Part shown: positions 21,880-28,701 of the stretch, in pieces
Layout of the letters: each line of letters starts with the position of its first letter
How positions within the stretch are numbered: the stretch's first letter is position 1
Source: Spirochaetota bacterium
GTDB lineage: Bacteria > Spirochaetota > UBA6919 > CBDBPB01
DNA length: 64,000 nt
NCBI GenBank assembly: GCA_965208615.1
Contig: CBDBPB010000001.1
Coordinates: 320,001-384,000, forward strand
Reading direction: 5' to 3'
Notes under the pieces: generated by a model
What the model was told of the DNA's origin: nothing
Database searches by the model: none
Seen by the model: only the letters and a program-made list of their open reading frames with translations
Made by a program: the position numbers and the translations under genes

Positions 21880-22302
21880 GTTTAACCGTACCTATAAGGA
21901 ATTGAAACATATAGCGATTTGTTAGAAAAGCTAGAGCTAGTCACTGTTTAACCGTACCTATAAGGAATTGAAACACTAGTAATCCTATACGTCCTACTGT
22001 TAATATTTCTCGTTTAACCGTACCTATAAGGAATTGAAACTAATTTTCGTCTGTTCTTATTTTAGAGAGGGGAGCCGTTTAACCGTACCTATAAGGAATT
22101 GAAACCATATACAAAATTTTTGTCCGCATTCGCATTCGCATGTTTAACCGTACCTATAAGGAATTGAAACTTTGAAAAACTTCCTGAAAGTATAACTAAA
22201 CTAACAAGTTTAACCGTACCTATAAGGAATTGAAACCTCTAAAACCGCTTACAGGACAGGCATATTTAAACCAGTTTAACCGTACCTATAAGGAATTGAA
22301 AC
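21880..22302 (+). CRISPR. CRISPR array: 7 identical 29-bp repeats, 6 spacers of 36-37 bp
   Basis: GTTTAACCGTACCTATAAGGAATTGAAAC at 21880, 21946, 22012, 22077, 22142, 22208, 22274. Confidence 0.99.
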
Positions 22303-22416
22303 TGAAATAGGACATACAAATAACACTATATTTTATTATAAAAACAATATTCTGAACAAATAAAATAAATATCATGACTATACAAAAACTAACTTTTTTA
22401 TAAAAAGTCATAAAAC

Positions 22417-22450
22417 AGTGTGATATTTATAAACTTTTGTTTGTATTATA
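22417..22450 (+). repeat. Second copy of the leader promoter-like block (32/34 identical to 21723-21756)
   Basis: AGTGTGATATTTATAAACTTTTGTTTGTATTATA. Confidence 0.85.
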
Positions 22451-22518
22451 AAATAAGGTTATTAAAAACATTCTCTTTTGTTTTTGTTGTTTCTTTTGTA
22501 ACTCCTTTTTTTTGTTTG

Positions 22519-22550
22519 TACGACCTTAAGAGTTTCTTAGGGTCGTATTT
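22519..22550 (+). terminator. Stable hairpin between the array and cas8b (weak U-tract)
   Basis: TACGACCTTAAGA-GTT-TCTTAGGGTCGTA then TTT; one U-G pair on +. Confidence 0.55.
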
Positions 22551-22573
22551 AAAAAGTCTTAATTTTGTTTTGC

Positions 22574-22602
22574 ATTTTATAGTATCTATAACAAGTTGAA
22601 AT
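22574..22602 (+). CRISPR. Solitary degenerate CRISPR repeat directly before the cas8b RBS
   Basis: ATTTTATAGTATCTATAACAAGTTGAAAT, 20/29 ungapped identity to the array repeat. Confidence 0.6.
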
Positions 22603-22614
22603 AGGAGAGAAATA

Positions 22615-24405
22615 ATGATTAAGGCAATACAAGAGTTAGGTCAGCTTTTATTAAAAGAAAAGAATACAACAAGTATACTTACTAGCCTTTTAACTACCGC
22701 AGATTTAAATAAAATACAGTTAGTACTCGAAATTCATATTAAAAATGGAGAGTATACCAAGGTTTATTATGTTGCCTATCAAAAAGAAGACGGAGATAAA
22801 TATCTATATAAAAAGGGACCTGGTAATGGTGGAGATTATACCCTCTCTTCCAGGCTGAGCAAAGATACAAATACAAAAACCTTTCTTGCTAACAAAACTT
22901 TAAACCGTTTTAAGAACTGCTTTAATAATTTGCTAGCAAAGAAAAGTCTATCAGAAGATGATAAAAAACTAATTAATACCTTAAATGATAATTTTACAAG
23001 CTATTACAAAGAAATCGAAAAAGAGCTATATAACTTAGCTAATAAACTTAACAAAAAAGATGGCTATCTTGTAACTTTCATAATTGATGATAAACCTTTA
23101 TCTGAGTTTAAGGTTTTTAAAGATTCTATCTTAGAAGATTTTTATTCAAAGAGTTATACTAAACAAAATAAGAAGTCTATTGGAACTAATCAAGTATGTA
23201 GTATATGCCTTAATAAAAAGGCTGAAGTATATGGTCTATCAAAGAACTTCTCATTTTACACATTAGATAAATGGTCTTTTGTTAATTCAGGTTTTGATCT
23301 ACAAAAAGCCTGGCGTAATTATCCAGTTTGCCCAGAGTGTTTATTAGAGGTAGAGCTTGGCAAGCGAAAACTTATGAGTGAGTTTAGTTTTTCATTTTGT
23401 GGTTTTCGTTATTTACTAATCCCAAAGTTAGTTACTTCAAAGGATGAAGAGCTAAAAAAGGTATATGATCTTCTAAAGGATTTTAAGGGTCCCTCTTTCG
23501 AAAAAGAAGTAAAACAAGGTATTATTGATGGTGAAAACGAGGTACTGGAGCTTTTTAAAGACAAAAGTAATAACTTAAATCTCTTTTTTCTTTTCTATAA
23601 GATAGATAATTCAGCTTTTAGAATTCTTCTCACTTTAGAAGGGTTTAACCCTTCGCTAATAAGAAAACTATATTGTGCACAGGATAAAGCTCATAATGAA
23701 CCTATGTTTAAAAGAATTAAGAAACTTGAAGTGCTTGTTAAAGCTGGTTATGAGCCTCGCTTTACATTTAAAGTAGTAAGGAATTTCTTAGAAGACAAAT
23801 CATTTTTAGAAATTATTGGCAAGACATTTACACTAAGGCATATTAGCTATCAATATCTTATTGCTATGTTTATTAACAAAATACGCTATCAATTTGTTAA
23901 TAACTATTCTTCACTTATTCAAACATCAGATGCTTTTCTAATTTTATATTTTTTGCACCACTTAAACTTAATAAAAGTTAAAGGAGGAAATATGGATAAG
24001 TTTCATGATAATGACACTGAAGAAGAGTTCACAAAGCACTTTGAAGACCATAAAAGCTTTTTTAGTAATGAGCAATGTACTGCATTCTTAGTGGGTGTTT
24101 TAGTACAAAAGTTATTGAATATTCAATATCAAGATAAAAAAGCCAGTCCATTTTACAAACATCTTAATGGTCTACAAGTTAACGAGAAGCTCTTAAGGAG
24201 GGTGTTTGTTAAGGCTCAAAACAAATTAATAGAATATGAAAAAAACTATTATGTTAAATTAGAAGTTTTAATTTCAAAATACTTTGAGGTTTCAGACCTT
24301 GCAAAAACCACTAGTGATGAAATATCATTCTATTTTATAACAGGGATGAACCTAAGCCGTCTCTTCCTCAAAAAAGAAGATAGCAATTCAGATTCATCTA
24401 GTTAA
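22615..24405 (+). CDS. cas8b: Type I-B large subunit Cas8b/Csh1
   Basis: MIKAIQELG, CSIC...FYTLDK...WRNYPVCPEC, C-terminal AFLVGVLVQKLLNIQ. Confidence 0.92.
   Translation: MIKAIQELGQLLLKEKNTTSILTSLLTTADLNKIQLVLEIHIKNGEYTKVYYVAYQKEDGDKYLYKKGPGNGGDYTLSSRLSKDTNTKTFLANKTLNRFKNCFNNLLAKKSLSEDDKKLINTLNDNFTSYYKEIEKELYNLANKLNKKDGYLVTFIIDDKPLSEFKVFKDSILEDFYSKSYTKQNKKSIGTNQVCSICLNKKAEVYGLSKNFSFYTLDKWSFVNSGFDLQKAWRNYPVCPECLLEVELGKRKLMSEFSFSFCGFRYLLIPKLVTSKDEELKKVYDLLKDFKGPSFEKEVKQGIIDGENEVLELFKDKSNNLNLFFLFYKIDNSAFRILLTLEGFNPSLIRKLYCAQDKAHNEPMFKRIKKLEVLVKAGYEPRFTFKVVRNFLEDKSFLEIIGKTFTLRHISYQYLIAMFINKIRYQFVNNYSSLIQTSDAFLILYFLHHLNLIKVKGGNMDKFHDNDTEEEFTKHFEDHKSFFSNEQCTAFLVGVLVQKLLNIQYQDKKASPFYKHLNGLQVNEKLLRRVFVKAQNKLIEYEKNYYVKLEVLISKYFEVSDLAKTTSDEISFYFITGMNLSRLFLKKEDSNSDSSS
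23992..24405 (+). CDS. cas11: Cas11 small subunit from an internal in-frame start within cas8b
   Basis: AAGGAGG at 23981-23987 followed by in-frame ATG at 23992; 137 aa helical domain. Confidence 0.75.
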   Translation: MDKFHDNDTEEEFTKHFEDHKSFFSNEQCTAFLVGVLVQKLLNIQYQDKKASPFYKHLNGLQVNEKLLRRVFVKAQNKLIEYEKNYYVKLEVLISKYFEVSDLAKTTSDEISFYFITGMNLSRLFLKKEDSNSDSSS

Positions 24406-24431
24406 GCTAATTGTTTTAAGGAGGAAAAATT

Positions 24432-25316
24432 ATGTTAGATATTAAAAATAGAAGTGAATTATTATTTTTATATGATATTAGTGATGCTAATCCTAATGGC
24501 GATCCTGCTGATGAGAACCGTCCAAGAGTTGATGAAGAAACAGGTTATAATATTGTAACTGATGTACGTCTTAAAAGGACTATAAGAGACTATCTATTTG
24601 AAAACAAGGGATATAATGGTAGTGATGACAAGGATATTTTTGTAAGAGAGATTATTTATGATCAAAAAAATCAACATATACAAGACGGAAAAAGCAGAAC
24701 CAAGAACTTTGATAACGATAAAGAAAAGATAATAAACAGCTGTATTGATATTAGAATGTTTGGTGGGGTACTGCCTATTGAAAAAGATTCTATAACGTTT
24801 ACAGGACCTGTTCAATTTCAGATGGGCAGATCACTCCATCGTGTTTCCATCAATCACATTAAAGGCACAGGAGCTTTTGCCTCTAAGATGGGGGCTAAGC
24901 AAAAAACGTTTAGAGAGGAATATATTTTACCTTATTCACTTATAGCATTTCACGGTATTATAAATGAGAATGCCGCTAAGCATACAAACCTAACTACTGA
25001 AGATGTTAAATTACTTTTAGAGGGTATGTGGGAGGGAACTAAAAACCTTATTACCCGATCCAAGTTTGGACAGATGCCAAGACTATTACTAAAAGTAGAT
25101 TATAAAGATAACTTTTATATTGGAGAATTGCACAAGTTAGTTAGCTTAGATAGCGAAAAAGAGGATGAACACATAAGATCTACTGATGATTTTATACTTG
25201 ACGTGTCAAAGCTAAATATAGCTTTAGAAAAGTATAAAGACAAAATTGTAAAAGTTACACTTATAAATATATCCGATTCTCTTAAGTTATCTGAAAAGAT
25301 ATATGACGCTAATTAA
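24432..25316 (+). CDS. cas7: Type I-B Cas7/Csh2
   Basis: NPNGDP...NRPR, VTDVRLKRTIRDY, DIRMFGG, TGPVQF. Confidence 0.96.
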   Translation: MLDIKNRSELLFLYDISDANPNGDPADENRPRVDEETGYNIVTDVRLKRTIRDYLFENKGYNGSDDKDIFVREIIYDQKNQHIQDGKSRTKNFDNDKEKIINSCIDIRMFGGVLPIEKDSITFTGPVQFQMGRSLHRVSINHIKGTGAFASKMGAKQKTFREEYILPYSLIAFHGIINENAAKHTNLTTEDVKLLLEGMWEGTKNLITRSKFGQMPRLLLKVDYKDNFYIGELHKLVSLDSEKEDEHIRSTDDFILDVSKLNIALEKYKDKIVKVTLINISDSLKLSEKIYDAN

Positions 25317-25327
25317 TCACATAAATT

Positions 25328-26077
25328 GTGAGGAAAAAAGTGAATAAATGTTTAATCTTTGATGTTTGGGGAGACTATGCTCACTTCAGAAAGTTTTATA
25401 CGACTTCTTCACCTATAACATTACCATTTCCTCCTAAGGCAACAATTGTTGGAATGATATCTGCTATTATAGGTTTAGATAAGGATATTTATCTTAAATC
25501 TTTTTCAAAAGAAGATTATCATATAGCTTTAGGAATTATTAATCCTATAAAAACATCATTTATTATGGAAAATTGGCTTGATGTTAAAAGATGGAGCTAT
25601 GAATTACGCACTAAAGAAATATTAGGTAAAAAACAACCTAAGCAACGAATATTAGCTCACACTCAAATAAAAATAGAGTGGGTTAAAGACCCTAAATATC
25701 GAATATATTTTTATCACAAAGATAATGATATACAAAACAACTTAAAACAGCATTTAAAGAACCATACATCATTCTATACCGTTACTCTAGGGGCCAGTGA
25801 GAACTTAGCTAATTTTAACTATATAGATGAACAAGACTTCCAACTGTCAGATACTGAACTAACCAGCATTAGGTCTGTTATTAGAAAAGAGCATCTTAAA
25901 GAAATTGACTGGTCTAATCCTCAAGAAATTAAGATACTAAACTATCCAATAGATATGACTGAAAATAGAATAACAGAATGCTATGACGAGTATCTTTACG
26001 AAAATAATGGAAACTCCATTAAGGCAAAACTTTATAAGGCAATGAGGATTAATGATTATGTCATCTGCCCTATGTAA
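25328..26077 (+). CDS. cas5: Type I-B Cas5
   Basis: FDVWGDYAHFRK...SSPITLPFPPKATIVGMISAIIG. Confidence 0.95.
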   Translation: MRKKVNKCLIFDVWGDYAHFRKFYTTSSPITLPFPPKATIVGMISAIIGLDKDIYLKSFSKEDYHIALGIINPIKTSFIMENWLDVKRWSYELRTKEILGKKQPKQRILAHTQIKIEWVKDPKYRIYFYHKDNDIQNNLKQHLKNHTSFYTVTLGASENLANFNYIDEQDFQLSDTELTSIRSVIRKEHLKEIDWSNPQEIKILNYPIDMTENRITECYDEYLYENNGNSIKAKLYKAMRINDYVICPM

Positions 26078-28495
26078 TCCAAAAGAGTTAAGCCTTTACT
26101 CTCATCCTAATAAGAAGTTATTTGATCATCTATTAAGAGGGTTTAATCACATTAAAGATCAAATAGATCGCTCTAAACTTTCATTTGATAAATATAATGC
26201 TGATGATATTAAATTAGCCTCTAAAATAGCCTATATATTCCATGACTTTGCTAAGTCTACACCTTTTTTTCAAGATTATATGAAAGAGATTATGGAAAAA
26301 GGTGAGTCTAAAAATCGTTCTAAAAATAAGAGTCACTCTCATTTATCAGCTATTGTAGGCTATTCTGTTGGAATAAAGGTCTTAAAATGTGAAGTGCTTG
26401 CTGTTCTAGTCTATGCCTCAATTAAATTACATCACTCAAATATTAAAGATTTTGATAAAGTCTTAATCATTTCAGACGAGGATAAAAACCTTTTAGAGAA
26501 ACAATTTCTATCCTTAAAAAAGTACTCAAAAGAAATTAATTGTACGTTCCAAACTCTTTTGGAGAAGGCTAACATAGACTATACATTTGATATGGAATAT
26601 ACTAAGGAGTCTTTTGGAGATTTGTGGAACCTTAAAAAAACTCTTCGTAAAAATAAAAAGGCTCTTTGTAATAAAGAAAAGCACACAAACGATATTAAAG
26701 AAATTGAGCCTTATTTAACCCTCTTATTTATATTTTCTTCTATAATTTATGGGGATAAGTCAGAAGCTATTTTAAAGCAAGATATTGATAAGACTAAGTT
26801 AGGAAGGTCTCCTTGGCGTTTCGACATAGTGAATAATTATATAACAAATCTTTCAAATAATTCCCCTATAAATAAGATTCGCAAGGATATCTATCAAGAT
26901 GCTTTAAATAATATTGAAACACTAGATTTAAAAAATAATAAGATTCTTACTTTAACTGTTCCAACAGGTGGGGGTAAAACATTAACATCGTTAGCTATTG
27001 CTACAAAAATCAATGAAATATTAAAAAAGAATGGAAAAATTATCTATTCTCTTCCCTTTACTTCTCTCATAGAGCAAAACCAAAATGTTTTAAAGATATT
27101 TTGAAAAACAATCAAATTAGCCAAGATGATAAAAATATACTAACCCATCACTATCTTAGTGATAGAGAGTTTAATGACTTTTCAGAAGATAATTATAATT
27201 TTGATATTGATAAATCTTCTCATCTTATCGAAACCTGGAATAGTCATTTAGTAATTACTACTTTTATTCAATTTTGTAATAGTGTTTTTAATAATCGTAA
27301 TAAAAATCTCAAGCGATTTCTCCAATTGAGAGATAGTATTATAATTTTAGATGAAATTCAATGTTTTCCTACAAAATATCATAAGATATTCTCTAAAGTA
27401 ATTCAATGTCTTAGTCAATGTTTTAATATCCATTTTATTTTAATGACTGCCACTCAGCCTTATATTTTTGAACAGGGCATATCAAAAGAAATATTACCAT
27501 GTTCCAAAAGGTATTTCACTCAGTTTAATCGTACTAAATTAATCTACTCAGATAAGAAAGTTAAAATATGTGATTTAAATAATAACATGTTTAAACAGTG
27601 GGAACTGCAAAACAATAGTTTTCTTATTGTGATGAATACTATTAGCTCATCCATTAAGCTGTTTAATGAGCTTAAAGCTAAACTAGAAAGACATATCCCC
27701 TTTTATCTTTCAACTAATATTATCCCCAAAGAACGACAGCACCGAATAAAAGAAATTAAAAGACTTTTGAAAAGTAAAAAAAATATTTTTGTTGTAAGTA
27801 CACAATTAATTGAGGCAGGAGTTGATCTTGATTTCCCTTTGGTTATAAGAGATTTTGCACCTCTTGATAGCATTAATCAAATTGCTGGAAGGTGTAATAG
27901 AAATGGCCTTAATGAAGGTAAACCTGTTTACGTTATTGAGCTACAAGATGATAACAATAAAAGCTTTGCAAATTATGTATATGATAACATATTGTTACAC
28001 ATTACCAAAAATATACTTAAACCAGAAATTAAAGAAAATGAGCTTTATAGTTTTGCTAAAACATATTTTGATGATGTTAACAAAAAACGTAGTCAAGACT
28101 TTATAGACCTGTGGCAATCTTTTTGTAGATTAAGCTTTGAAAAAGCATATAGTAGTGTAAATGGGAATAGCGGAGGCCTTAATCTCATTGAAAACCTGCC
28201 AAATTATGTTAATGTCTTTGTAGAAATTGATGAAGAGGCTAAAATAGTTTGGGAGAAATATGATAATAACATATTATCAAATAAAAAGCTTAATAACATT
28301 GAAAAAAGAACAAAATATAAACAGATTGTAAACGAACTTAATAAGTATATCGTTAATACACCTTTGAAAATTGCTGATAAGTTTGTAGAAGTTTATGATA
28401 AGTCGCTATACAAAATTGATTATGAAAGTATAGAGCATTACTATAATATGGAAACAGGTGTAAAACGTGGAGAAGAAGATATTTATGTCATCTAA
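26052..28495 (+). CDS. cas3: Cas3 HD nuclease-helicase, split by a -1 frameshift at about 27089-27095
   Basis: Part 1: FHDFAK, HHS, PTGGGKT, LPFTSLIEQN. Part 2: DEIQ, MTATQP, STQLIEAGVD, QIAGRCNR. The break lies inside the helicase. Confidence 0.92.
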
Positions 28496-28603
28496 CATAG
28501 ATCGTTTTTTACATCTGGATGAATATGAACGCTCAAAGACTATTAAATTATTAATATCTAAAAAAGAAAATTATGCTATCCTTGATTTTCCTATAATTTT
28601 AAG

Positions 28604-28647
28604 AAATTGAAAATGATAAATTTTGTCAATTTGCAGTCAAGATTTTA
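28604..28647. repeat. Direct repeat copy 2 of 21616-21659
   Basis: AAATTGAAAATGATAAATTTTGTCAATTTGCAGTCAAGATTTTA; both copies continue to GAATAAGATAG. Confidence 0.85.
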
Positions 28648-28701
28648 CCATTAAGAATAAGATAGCTTTTAAAAAAATACCCAGTATACACTTATATAAA
28701 A

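Noticed and set aside
22440-22550. CreT-like minus-strand toxin RNA (hairpin, AAGGAG, A-rich tract)
   Set aside because: No start codon at SD distance and the hairpin wobble favours the + strand; not supported, though not excluded.
22547-22573. Short pseudo-spacer upstream of the degenerate repeat matching 22401-22413 (12/13)
   Set aside because: The upstream repeat is not convincing and the match is mostly an A-run in AT-rich DNA.
28485-28610. 41-aa ORF as cas4 or an anti-CRISPR
   Set aside because: No Cys cluster or nuclease motif; cannot be assigned.
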